A stretch of 64,000 bases of DNA from Candidatus Uhrbacteria bacterium (GTDB taxonomy: Bacteria; Patescibacteriota; Patescibacteriia; UBA9934; GWF2-40-263), in the NCBI GenBank assembly GCA_013204385.1, contig JABMNY010000003.1, forward strand, positions 14,270 to 78,269, given 5' to 3'. The notes under the pieces were generated by a model, which did no database searches, was not told where the DNA came from, and saw nothing but the letters and a program-made list of their open reading frames with translations. The stretch's first letter is position 1, and each line of letters begins with the position of its first letter. This document shows positions 10,473-18,984 of the stretch, piece after piece. The translations under genes and the position numbers were made by a program.

Positions 10473-10850
10473 ATGAAAAAACATCACTGGATCGTACTCA
10501 CTCTCTCCATCGCCGTCATAGGAACACTCCTTTTATGGCCCAAAACACACACGGAAGACATTGCGATAAATGAACTCGTTGGTCAGTGGCATGCAGGGGG
10601 AGTAAATGCAGACGGATTCGAATGGTTCATGGAATACACGTTTAAAAAAGACGGGACGTATGAGCTTGTCACAGGAACAGACTACACAGAAGAAGGGGTC
10701 TACGAAATTACCAATCGCTACTTAGACGGATCAATTGAAATAAAGAAAGTATTTAGTGAAGGAACAAAAGACTACACAATGGTCATTGTCACTCAAGAAG
10801 ATCCAGATATCGTAATGCTTGAAGGCACACAACTCAATCGAATCAAGTAA
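10473..10850 (+). CDS. Hypothetical exported beta-strand-rich protein
   Basis: N-terminal hydrophobic anchor; LVGQW...YTFKKDGTY pattern. Confidence 0.6.
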   Translation: MKKHHWIVLTLSIAVIGTLLLWPKTHTEDIAINELVGQWHAGGVNADGFEWFMEYTFKKDGTYELVTGTDYTEEGVYEITNRYLDGSIEIKKVFSEGTKDYTMVIVTQEDPDIVMLEGTQLNRIK

Positions 10851-10851
10851 C

Positions 10852-10886
10852 AAAAACACCGCTCAGACATCTGAGCGGTGTTTTTT
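10852..10886. terminator. Bidirectional intrinsic terminator
   Basis: aaaaacaccgctcaga-ca-tctgagcggtgtttttt between convergent genes. Confidence 0.8.
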
Positions 10887-10898
10887 AACGAAGAATAA

Positions 10899-11306
10899 TT
10901 ACTTGAGTGAAACAGCTCCACCAGCATCTTCGATCTGCTTCTTCATCTCTTCTGCTTGTTCTTTTGAAACACCTTCTTTTACCATTGTTGGCGCAGCGTC
11001 AACAATATCTTTTGCCTCTTTGAGTCCAAGACCTGTGATCGCTCGAACGGCCTTAATCACATTGATCTTGTTGTCTCCACAGCTTGTAAGCTCAACATCA
11101 AATGATGTTTGTTCTTCTGCAGCAGGTCCAGCAGCAGGTCCAGCAGCCATCATCATTGCTGGAGCAGACGCGCTCACACCAAACTTGTCTTCGAGAACTT
11201 TTACGAGATCTGCAAGGTCCAATACAGACATCTTTTCAACAGACTCTACAAGCGCTTTAAACTTTTCTGGCACCACAACTTCTTCCTTGGTTGTTTCTTC
11301 TGACAT
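10899..11306 (-). CDS. rplL: 50S ribosomal protein L7/L12
   Basis: [32 protein letters not shown] motifs. Confidence 0.97.
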   Translation of the reverse strand: MSEETTKEEVVVPEKFKALVESVEKMSVLDLADLVKVLEDKFGVSASAPAMMMAAGPAAGPAAEEQTSFDVELTSCGDNKINVIKAVRAITGLGLKEAKDIVDAAPTMVKEGVSKEQAEEMKKQIEDAGGAVSLK

Positions 11307-11336
11307 AATTGATTGAATAAGTGAATAATATATTGA

Positions 11337-11464
11337 GAGACTTCTGAAAAAGTGATGGATTTTCGTTAAACGGGCTGCTGAGATCGTGAACCCTACTCAA
11401 ATGTAGGGAGAACGGAATCAGCGGGTGCCCGTGAGACGAAAAGACGCGCTTTTACAGAGGTCTC
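11337..11464 (-). mobile_element. 128-bp palindromic element (MITE/ERIC-like), copy A, in the rplJ-rplL spacer
   Basis: Terminal inverted repeats GAGACCTCT/AGAAGTCTC and nested inverted repeats; about 11 differences (manual count) from the copy at 59842-59969. Confidence 0.7.
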
Positions 11465-11465
11465 T

Positions 11466-11987
11466 TTACGCCTTTGCTTCTTTGATCGCACTAAGAACGT
11501 AAACGAATTTACGGAGATTTCCTGCAAGAACATTAACGAATCCAGAGATTGGTGCGTTGAGTGTTCCAACGAGCTGTCCAAGTAATTGTTCTCTGCTTGG
11601 TAAGGTTGCAAGTTGTTGAATGGCCTCTTTTGAGACAAACTGTCCCTCGAGAATTCCTCCAACAATGGAGATTGTGTCACGACCTTTTGAAAACTCAGCC
11701 ATGAGTTTTGCGGCTGCGACTTCATCATCGAACCCGAATGTGGTGAGAATACTGCCTTCCAAATCATCTCTTGTGATTGGGAATCCATTTTTCTCAAGCG
11801 CACGTACGAGAAGAGATTTTTTTGCGATGAGAAGTTCTACTCCAACGGAGCGACCTTTTTCACGCAGAGTGTTTGCATCTTCCATGGTATATCCAGCGAC
11901 GCTGGTAAACACCACAGATTTCATGCTTGTGAGCTTCTCCGCAAGCCCATCAACAATCTCTGACTTCTGTACACGTGTTTTTGGCAT
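11466..11987 (-). CDS. rplJ: 50S ribosomal protein L10
   Basis: MPKTRVQKSEIV, IAKKSLL, LATLPSREQLLGQLVG motifs; upstream of rplL. Confidence 0.96.
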   Translation of the reverse strand: MPKTRVQKSEIVDGLAEKLTSMKSVVFTSVAGYTMEDANTLREKGRSVGVELLIAKKSLLVRALEKNGFPITRDDLEGSILTTFGFDDEVAAAKLMAEFSKGRDTISIVGGILEGQFVSKEAIQQLATLPSREQLLGQLVGTLNAPISGFVNVLAGNLRKFVYVLSAIKEAKA

Positions 11988-12004
11988 AATTTGTTCGACC
12001 TTTA

Positions 12005-12115
12005 AAAATAAAAAACTACGGATTCACGCCGTAGAACAAGGTCGAAAAGACATCTTTTCGCTGTTCACCTCGACGAGACTTGTGGCACGTGCCTGCTCGT
12101 GGTCTACGGTAAATC
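12005..12115 (-). promoter_or_regulatory. L10 leader (rplJ autoregulatory RNA) with terminator-like hairpin
   Basis: Minus strand taCCGTAGACcacgag...ctcgtCGAGGt resembles the L10-leader core; followed by ctacgg-cgtgaat-ccgtag plus T tract. Confidence 0.6.
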
Positions 12116-12129
12116 TTCAGTTCGATAAG

Positions 12130-12158
12130 AGCATACAAGAAGACGGGATGTGTGTCAA
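12130..12158 (-). promoter_or_regulatory. sigma70 promoter of rplJ
   Basis: TTGACA-17 bp-TATGCT on minus strand. Confidence 0.65.
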
Positions 12159-12202
12159 TAAAAAAGCCGCTCTGAAACAGAGACGGCCGTGCCCATGCGG
12201 GA

Positions 12203-13096
12203 TCAAGAGGTTTGGCGAAAGAAAACGATCGTCACGTCATCTGTCGCCTGAGGGAGCAGGCTTCGAGCGTAGTCGTGAACTTCGCTCAGAGAAACCGTCT
12301 GCGTACGTCCCTGAAAGTGCCTGAGCGTACTCTCCACGATCCTGTTGCCTCCGTCCGAGCAAAGAGCGAACAGTTCACCCCTGGCAAACTCCGCCAGCTG
12401 GATCGTGGAACAGCTTGGTGTATGAATGACTGCTGGGTGGTAATCCCAATTTCCAAACGTCCGAGTAGGTTCAAGTCCACCAACCCACCGTCCGTTTACA
12501 GATCGATACAGTCGATCAACCGATCCTGGTGGCAGAGGTGGCAAACCATTTCCACTTGGGTTCGGAAACACGTTGAATTGACCAGATCGCAGAAATGATC
12601 GCAGGCGAGCAATCTCATCGGGATGATCGACATTGTGATCCTGCGTGAGACAGGCGAACCCTCGATTCCACCTAGGCAAACTCACATAGAGTCGGCAGTC
12701 ACCGGTTTGCGCCAGGCGGATTTGCGTCTCTTCCACCACGATCGCCGTGGCAACGGCTCCGACGGTAAGAAATCGATTCTTGTTTATCTCCGCAATTCGC
12801 GGGAGATACACCGAGCCCAGAACCTGCGCGACTTCATCGAACTGATCAGGAAAACAACTCGGATCCGGATACTGCTGAAACAGCACATTCAAACCCACAG
12901 CCACATCACCAGCAAATGTCGCGATGACGTATGACTTGTTTTTCCAGTGTCCTATGACATCTGTTTCGTTCCCATGTCCATCAACGACCACCGCAAAGAA
13001 CGGTCGACCGCCTCCAGCTGGAGTCACAAGAACAGCATCCTCACTTGGCCCACCGATGTACAGTGGGGCCGAGATAACTGTATATTCAACATGCAT
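12203..13096 (-). CDS. PP2C/PPM-family Ser/Thr phosphatase
   Basis: SEDA, VVDGHG, TGDCRLY, LTQDH, TRTFGN, CSDG, DDVT motifs; SD AGGAGG; own TTGACA-17-TAGGTT promoter at 13139-13167. Confidence 0.85.
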   Translation of the reverse strand: MHVEYTVISAPLYIGGPSEDAVLVTPAGGGRPFFAVVVDGHGNETDVIGHWKNKSYVIATFAGDVAVGLNVLFQQYPDPSCFPDQFDEVAQVLGSVYLPRIAEINKNRFLTVGAVATAIVVEETQIRLAQTGDCRLYVSLPRWNRGFACLTQDHNVDHPDEIARLRSFLRSGQFNVFPNPSGNGLPPLPPGSVDRLYRSVNGRWVGGLEPTRTFGNWDYHPAVIHTPSCSTIQLAEFARGELFALCSDGGNRIVESTLRHFQGRTQTVSLSEVHDYARSLLPQATDDVTIVFFRQTS

Positions 13097-13202
13097 GGCA
13101 CCCTCCTGATAGGTTGTCGCCCAGAATTGGGACAGCTAAACCTATCCCAATTCCTCCACTTTGTCAACCAAAAAGAGAGCGTACAGCTCTCTTTTTTTCA
13201 TC

Positions 13203-13913
13203 CTAATTTCCAATCACGGTTCCGATAAACCGCTTTCCTTTCAAGAGTCCCTCAAGATTCTTTAAATTCTTTCCGTTCAAAATCGCAACCTTCATGCCAC
13301 TATGATGTGCGAGTCGGGACGCAACAGGATCAAATGGAACATTCATTCCAGGGTCCCACTCGTTTCCAACCATCTTGCGAAAATCTTTCCAAGTAATATC
13401 GCAAATGACTTCCGCGTCTGAATACTTGTTTGGATCTTTATCGTAGACGTAATCGATATTTGAAAGATTGATGACCACCTTACTTCCCAATCGCTTTGCA
13501 AGGCGCGTTGCCACGTAATCCGTTGACCAGCCTGGTTTCCACCCTGCCGCAACAAGCACAGGCTGTTTTGGATGCTTTGGGGCGCGCGTTGGATCCTTGA
13601 TCATGACAGGATGGGCAATGTCACGAAACGCTGTTCTCATGAGATGTCCGTTCAATCGTGTTGCGTGGATGCCGAGCCAATCTAAATCCTCTCGAGTCAG
13701 CTCCCCTACTTTTCGTGCTGCCTCTTGATATTGCCGTGCGGTCCCCCCACCTCCGACAACAATCACAAATTTCCATCCTTTCTTGACGGATGCACTAATG
13801 AGTTTTTTAAAATCTTTTAAGAATTGAGAATCGATTCCTCCGTTTGGAACGACGAGTGAGCCTCCAACAGAAATGACAAGTGTACTTGGTTTGAGTGAAT
13901 TGGAATGAGTCAT
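13203..13913 (-). CDS. pyrH: UMP kinase (archaeal-type)
   Basis: VISVGGS, VVGGGGTAR, GWKPGWSTDY, VYDKDP, PFDPVAS motifs. Confidence 0.9.
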   Translation of the reverse strand: MTHSNSLKPSTLVISVGGSLVVPNGGIDSQFLKDFKKLISASVKKGWKFVIVVGGGGTARQYQEAARKVGELTREDLDWLGIHATRLNGHLMRTAFRDIAHPVMIKDPTRAPKHPKQPVLVAAGWKPGWSTDYVATRLAKRLGSKVVINLSNIDYVYDKDPNKYSDAEVICDITWKDFRKMVGNEWDPGMNVPFDPVASRLAHHSGMKVAILNGKNLKNLEGLLKGKRFIGTVIGN

Positions 13914-13958
13914 AGGCGAAAAAAAGACGCCCCCATCACATTGAGGAGGGCGGCTTTT

Positions 13959-14312
13959 TTAACTTTCTTTTGATTGTTTAATTAACCAGTTCGTTGCGAG
14001 TGAGATCACCCACAAAAGAAGTGCTGCCAATAATGCAGGAACGAATCCTTCTACATTGAACCCTTTCACAATGGTTGAAACCAGCCAAATCATCAAGGCA
14101 TTGATCACAAACGAGAATAATCCGAGCGTGATGATTGTGACAGGAAGTGTCAGAATGAAGAGGAGCGGTCGAATAAGTGCATTCACAAGCCCTAAGACAA
14201 GCGCGGCAATAAGTGCACTGTAGAATGTGTCCACACCAAACCCAGGAACCACATTCGCGACCACAAGGAGTGTAACTGCATTAATCACCCATCGAAATAA
14301 GATCTGTGCCAT
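13959..14312 (-). CDS. 4-TM phage-holin-superfamily membrane protein (YvlD/DUF360-like)
   Basis: LVNALIRPLLFILTLPVTIITLGLFSFVINA motif. Confidence 0.85.
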   Translation of the reverse strand: MAQILFRWVINAVTLLVVANVVPGFGVDTFYSALIAALVLGLVNALIRPLLFILTLPVTIITLGLFSFVINALMIWLVSTIVKGFNVEGFVPALLAALLLWVISLATNWLIKQSKES

Positions 14313-14316
14313 AGGA

Positions 14317-14526
14317 TTATTGTGAAAACTTTTCTTTAATCTCTTCGACTTTGTTCTCAACCTGGGCAAGTTTCTTTTTGAGTTCACTTGCAAGCTCTAA
14401 GCCTCGCTCAAACTTTTTCAAACCCGCATCCAGATCAAGTTGGTCTTCTGAATCAAACCATTTTGTGATCTCTTCGAGTTCTGAAAAGGCTTCTGTAAAA
14501 TTTACCTCTTGTTTTTTTGCGCTCAT
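14317..14526 (-). CDS. xseB: Exodeoxyribonuclease VII small subunit
   Basis: FTEAFSELEEI...LDLDAGLKKFERGLEL; follows xseA. Confidence 0.9.
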   Translation of the reverse strand: MSAKKQEVNFTEAFSELEEITKWFDSEDQLDLDAGLKKFERGLELASELKKKLAQVENKVEEIKEKFSQ

Positions 14527-15731
14527 ACGAGTTTTTGCTGACCTTTATCTTTTAATCGCAGGATTCGTGCCTGAGCTGAACTTGTGGCGAATTGTACCGT
14601 AATCTCCCCTCCTACTTCAAGTTGCCCTGCGTCGCGCACCACAGCCCCTCCTGCCATGACAAGACTGTACCCTCGCGCGAGAATACGTTTTGGGTCTACC
14701 TGACGCAGGAATCGCTCTGATCCAGACAACCGATCACTCAGTCGTGGAAGCCAGGCATTCACACGAGAAAGGATTCCTTCTTGTGCACGTGACAGGCGAT
14801 CTTTCTGTCGCTCTAAAATAAATCCAATCAGATTTGTCACACGCTCAATACTGAATTGTTGATCCTGAATCGTGTCACGCAGGCGCGATTCCATATGTTG
14901 CTCAAGCGTCCCAATCTCATACAACACATCCTGCCTGCTCGGCACAATACGCTCGGCAGCGTTCGAAGGCGTCGACGCACGAATGTCTGCCACAAAATCT
15001 GCCAATGATTCATCTCGCTCATGCCCCACCGCACACACAACGGGAATCTCAGACGCATATACAGCGCGTGCCACAGCTTCGTCGTTAAATGCATGCAAAT
15101 CCTCAAGTCCTCCTCCCCCCCGCGTAAGCACAAGAACCTCTGGACGCTTCTCCGCAGGGAGCGCATTAAAAAACTGGAATGCGCCCACAATATCTCCCAC
15201 CGCTTCTCTTCCTTGTACATGGACATGTGCATGTAACACTTGCACACCTCCCCATCGATTATTTAGAATCCTCAAAAAATCTCCGTATGCAGCCGCGTCC
15301 CTTGAAGTTAAAAGTCCAATGCGTTCAGGAAATCGCGGGAGTTCACGCTTACGCCCCTCTCCAAAAAGTCCTTCATCCTGAAGTTTCTTTTTGAGTAATT
15401 CATACGATCGTCGCAATGCTCCTTCTCCTACAGCGGCAACCTCCGTTACATTCATCTTAAACGTCCCAAAGCGCTCGTAGATTTTTGGTGCGCCCTTGAG
15501 TTGCACCCGCATGCCATCTTCAATCGGAGATTTCAGTTGCCAGGTGGTCATAAAACATTTCAGAACGGCTTGCGCTTCTTCATCTTTCAAATCAAAACTG
15601 ACCCACTTTCCTTGGGCGACACGATAATCAGAAACTTCCCCCTCCACAATAACTTCATGGGAAGGAATACACTGCAATGTTTGATTGACGAGCGTTAAAT
15701 ACTCGCCAACAGAAAGCGCTTTTTCAGGCAT
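14523..15731 (-). CDS. xseA: Exodeoxyribonuclease VII large subunit
   Basis: VEGEVS, RGGGGLEDLHAFNDE, AVGHERD, ADIRASTPS motifs. Confidence 0.95.
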   Translation of the reverse strand: MPEKALSVGEYLTLVNQTLQCIPSHEVIVEGEVSDYRVAQGKWVSFDLKDEEAQAVLKCFMTTWQLKSPIEDGMRVQLKGAPKIYERFGTFKMNVTEVAAVGEGALRRSYELLKKKLQDEGLFGEGRKRELPRFPERIGLLTSRDAAAYGDFLRILNNRWGGVQVLHAHVHVQGREAVGDIVGAFQFFNALPAEKRPEVLVLTRGGGGLEDLHAFNDEAVARAVYASEIPVVCAVGHERDESLADFVADIRASTPSNAAERIVPSRQDVLYEIGTLEQHMESRLRDTIQDQQFSIERVTNLIGFILERQKDRLSRAQEGILSRVNAWLPRLSDRLSGSERFLRQVDPKRILARGYSLVMAGGAVVRDAGQLEVGGEITVQFATSSAQARILRLKDKGQQKLV

Positions 15732-15732
15732 G

Positions 15733-16215
15733 TTAAAAGACAGGATTAAAGAAGACTGGCTGAAAATATTGAACCAAAAGCCACAAGCTGATTCCGAGAA
15801 TCAAATGGGAAACAATGGTCTCCATCCAGACATGACGCCCTTCTTTGAGACCAAATACCCCGAACCCAAGAAGTGGGTAGACCAGCAAACCTACTATGAC
15901 CCAACTCAGAATTGCATAAACGAGAAGTGAAATGAAGGAATAGGGCTCATGCAATCCCATCAACCACTCTAATTGAACCAACGCAACATAACAGAACCCA
16001 AACAAAAACCCCATCACCACATGAATCAGAAGTCCGATAAAAAAAACTTCATGTTTATGACGAATCTTCAGACCAAAAATGGTTTTGACATCAATAAGAA
16101 GCGGAACTTCCTTCACACGACCCTTCTCTGTAATTTCAAGCAAAATTGCTGGGAGCGCAAAGACAAATGCAACTAACCCCCCAAGTGATCCGCCTAATAA
16201 ATAATCGATCGACAT
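15733..16215 (-). CDS. Hypothetical multi-TM membrane protein
   Basis: Four hydrophobic segments; in operon with xseA. Confidence 0.65.
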   Translation of the reverse strand: MSIDYLLGGSLGGLVAFVFALPAILLEITEKGRVKEVPLLIDVKTIFGLKIRHKHEVFFIGLLIHVVMGFLFGFCYVALVQLEWLMGLHEPYSFISLLVYAILSWVIVGLLVYPLLGFGVFGLKEGRHVWMETIVSHLILGISLWLLVQYFQPVFFNPVF

Positions 16216-16218
16216 ATA

Positions 16219-17148
16219 TTATGGATAGAGAACAAGAACAACTTTTCTTCCCTGGGTAATTTCCCCCCCATCATTCCAGTCGTGCATTGCGTACAAAACA
16301 GTCTCTGCGTCATAGACGAATGCTTCCCCGCGCGAAGTTCCTGGATCATTCACAATAAACTGGCCATCCGTTGTATATCCACGAATCACAAGCATATGGT
16401 ACAGCGGACCTGGAGCGGTAAAATAGGGGTTTCCCAACAATCGTCCAGCCGCTGGAAGAAGGACGGGGTGCCCTGCAGCAAGTTCTGTTTGAATGTCTTC
16501 AATCGTTGGATTCTCGATAAGTTTATAGGTATGTCCAAACTTGAGTTCTGCTAAGACGCCTGTTTTTTCTGCGGTTGTGTCTTCATAATAGCCAAACGTC
16601 TCTTTTTCAAATGCAACAATATTCAACAGATCAAGATCGGCTGTATCTGGAGGAATAGGTCCTGCAGACACCCCTTCATAGTAAGAATGGACCATATACA
16701 CGCTCGCCTCCTCACAAGACTCTTGATAGGGCTCATCCCAATTCCCATGTGGGGCTTGAGACGTAAATGGAACCGCAAGATTCACAGACTCAGGAAGTGT
16801 TTCTACCACTTCTTCAGGCAATTCTTGTTCAACGGGAACTTCTGGATCATTCACTTCAGCTTCGACAACAACTTCTAAATCTGGTTCTGTTGAATCCTGA
16901 GGAACCTCGGAGTCTATGACTGCCTCCTCTTCTACCTCCGCTTCTGTCACATCTTCACCCGTTGTCGACTTCACTTCCTGTTGTTCTGTCATTTCTTCAT
17001 ATCCGATCGCGTCCGGAAGAACAGGTGCCCCCATCTTGAGATACCACTCCATGACCTCCACACGTTGAGAATAGACTCCTGCAGAAAAAGCAATGAGGAG
17101 AATGAACAATGTGAAAATTCTTTTTATGTGCCTTGCTCTCATAAACAA
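16219..17148 (-). CDS. Exported C39-like cysteine peptidase
   Basis: VPFTSQAP, ESCEEAS (Cys), YHMLVIRGY (His), IVNDPG (Asp); acidic linker after N-terminal anchor. Confidence 0.8.
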   Translation of the reverse strand: MFMRARHIKRIFTLFILLIAFSAGVYSQRVEVMEWYLKMGAPVLPDAIGYEEMTEQQEVKSTTGEDVTEAEVEEEAVIDSEVPQDSTEPDLEVVVEAEVNDPEVPVEQELPEEVVETLPESVNLAVPFTSQAPHGNWDEPYQESCEEASVYMVHSYYEGVSAGPIPPDTADLDLLNIVAFEKETFGYYEDTTAEKTGVLAELKFGHTYKLIENPTIEDIQTELAAGHPVLLPAAGRLLGNPYFTAPGPLYHMLVIRGYTTDGQFIVNDPGTSRGEAFVYDAETVLYAMHDWNDGGEITQGRKVVLVLYP

Positions 17149-17468
17149 ATTCCCTTACCTTCGACAAATTCTCCGCAAGTAAATCCTGTTGGGCACTGGG
17201 CGTCACTCTCACACTCACAGTATTCGAAGCACAGATCAATACAAACCTCTCCAGGATTCAGTCGACACGCAGATCCGCACGCGTTCCATGTCCCTCCCGA
17301 ACTCGCACAACTTGTCTGATTCAATACACTCTCCTCAGATAGTTCTTCTTGTGCCTGCTCTGTACTGGTTGGAACTTCTTGCATTTCACGCTCTCCCCTT
17401 GGCATAAGCCAATACAACGCAATCAAGAGGGCTCCAAAGAACAGTATGGTGAATATCCCTTTTTTCAT
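17139..17468 (-). CDS. Small membrane-anchored 10-Cys protein
   Basis: N-terminal TM; C-terminal CASSGGTWNACGSAC...CIDLCFEYCEC...CPTGFTC...C. Confidence 0.65.
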   Translation of the reverse strand: MKKGIFTILFFGALLIALYWLMPRGEREMQEVPTSTEQAQEELSEESVLNQTSCASSGGTWNACGSACRLNPGEVCIDLCFEYCECESDAQCPTGFTCGEFVEGKGICL

Positions 17469-18865
17469 AAAATGGCATTTTCTCGCACCCAACGCTGAAG
17501 GACATATGTTGCACGTACATCATCCTCATTATATTCCAAAATTTTCTGCAACACTTTAGGTTTCTTTTTTTGTAGCCATTCTTCAAACCAAAGGACAGAA
17601 TTGGCTCCGCCTGCATCCTCTGCCCGCCAAGAAAAACCGATATAGGCAGCAATATCTTTTAACGAATAGGACGAGAGAGGGAAAATAACGGTTGGACGGA
17701 TAATGGAAAGCAAATCAATCATATTCGTCTCAAGTGCCTCACGCGCAATCTCTCCAATTCCATATTTCGCCCCAAAGCGACGGACGACCTCTTCTTCAAA
17801 CCATCCGTAATGATAGATTGGGGAATCAATATGACGTTCAATAAAATGGACAAACTCTGCCCACATCTCCCCTTCTTTTTCTGGAGACTCTGCAAAAAAT
17901 GAATGATAAACCTCCTCTTTCTCACTTACCTCCAACACCCCAAACAAGTAATCAAAATCCCGAAGCGGATCACTTTCAATATCAAAATAAAGTTCCGTTC
18001 CGGCTTCTGGTAAATGCGCAGTTCCTCGAATGATGTGGCGACGCTCTGTAAGTGCAATGGCTTGATCACGCATCATTTCAAGTCGCGATGAACTAACGTC
18101 TGGAGCAAGCGATTCTAGCTGCGTCACAGACATCAACGAGAGCTTGGCGATAGTGGTCACCCCCGCTTCTGCAAGCCGATGAACTTCCTCTCGCCAGACA
18201 CGATTCAGCAACGATAAATCATCACAACTCTCTGATTCATTTTTACATTCCTTCTGCCAAGGAGATTGCTTACACCCACTTGTCATAAAATGAGCTGGAC
18301 GCGCCCCAGAAATGATCTTCTCAATCTCTGTAAGCGTGAGCTCATACTCTGCCTCAAACTCTTCAATGAGATACGGAAATGTTTCGTTGTCCGGGGAGAC
18401 CACATACCCTTGAACAGGTCTCACTCCCTGAAGAGACTCGAGAAGCTCCGCATAAAAACAACCTTGAAACTTAAACTCATCTCGCAGAAAGCGCGAGCGC
18501 TTCATGTCTGCAGCCACGTAGTAAAAATTTCCAAGTCGTGAACGACCTTCAACTTTCTCAAGCACGTCCGGATGCCCTACCCAATGCTTATCAATCAGCA
18601 CACCATGATAAATGGTTTGACGCCCCTCTCGCATAAATGCGAGCGTTTGTTTGAAAGCTTCCTCTGGATCCTCTGCCGTTACTTCTACGAGATCTTGTTT
18701 ATCTGAAAGTAAATCACGCTCCTTTTCCTCAATAAGGCCATCGTCTTGAAGTTTTGCCATCAGCACCTCATGCGGTCTTGGCTCTCCAGAATGTGTATCA
18801 AAATACACCCAATTTGGACATTTGAGATATTGATAAAACGTCTTTTCCGTAATTGATCCATGCAT
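17465..18865 (-). CDS. TM0106-family RecB-like nuclease with C-terminal RNase H-like domain
   Basis: GHPDVLEK...YVAADMK PD-(D/E)xK-like core; LYFDIESDP, YSLKDIA, YNEDDV exonuclease motifs. Confidence 0.8.
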   Translation of the reverse strand: MHGSITEKTFYQYLKCPNWVYFDTHSGEPRPHEVLMAKLQDDGLIEEKERDLLSDKQDLVEVTAEDPEEAFKQTLAFMREGRQTIYHGVLIDKHWVGHPDVLEKVEGRSRLGNFYYVAADMKRSRFLRDEFKFQGCFYAELLESLQGVRPVQGYVVSPDNETFPYLIEEFEAEYELTLTEIEKIISGARPAHFMTSGCKQSPWQKECKNESESCDDLSLLNRVWREEVHRLAEAGVTTIAKLSLMSVTQLESLAPDVSSSRLEMMRDQAIALTERRHIIRGTAHLPEAGTELYFDIESDPLRDFDYLFGVLEVSEKEEVYHSFFAESPEKEGEMWAEFVHFIERHIDSPIYHYGWFEEEVVRRFGAKYGIGEIAREALETNMIDLLSIIRPTVIFPLSSYSLKDIAAYIGFSWRAEDAGGANSVLWFEEWLQKKKPKVLQKILEYNEDDVRATYVLQRWVRENAIL

Positions 18866-18909
18866 ACACGCATTATAGCAGAGTCTTCTAAAATTTGGAG
18901 CATGTTGAG

Positions 18910-18938
18910 TTGACAATTTTGGCTATTTTCCCTAGATT
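18910..18938 (+). promoter_or_regulatory. sigma70 promoter of the E2-E1-Ubl operon
   Basis: TTGACA-17 bp-TAGATT. Confidence 0.65.
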
Positions 18939-18984
18939 ATGGAGTCCGAGTGAAATCGGAACGTTCTTTTACAACGGAGAACCC

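Noticed and set aside
11393-12324. Alternative ORFs (136 aa, 234 aa) over rplJ and its leader
   Set aside because: Off-frame or antisense to a well-supported ribosomal gene
13959-14312. Holin as evidence of a prophage
   Set aside because: YvlD-type 4-TM proteins are common chromosomal genes; no phage structural or integrase genes in the window
17465-18865. Cas4 or CRISPR adaptation gene
   Set aside because: Architecture fits the stand-alone TM0106 family; no cas1/cas2 or array
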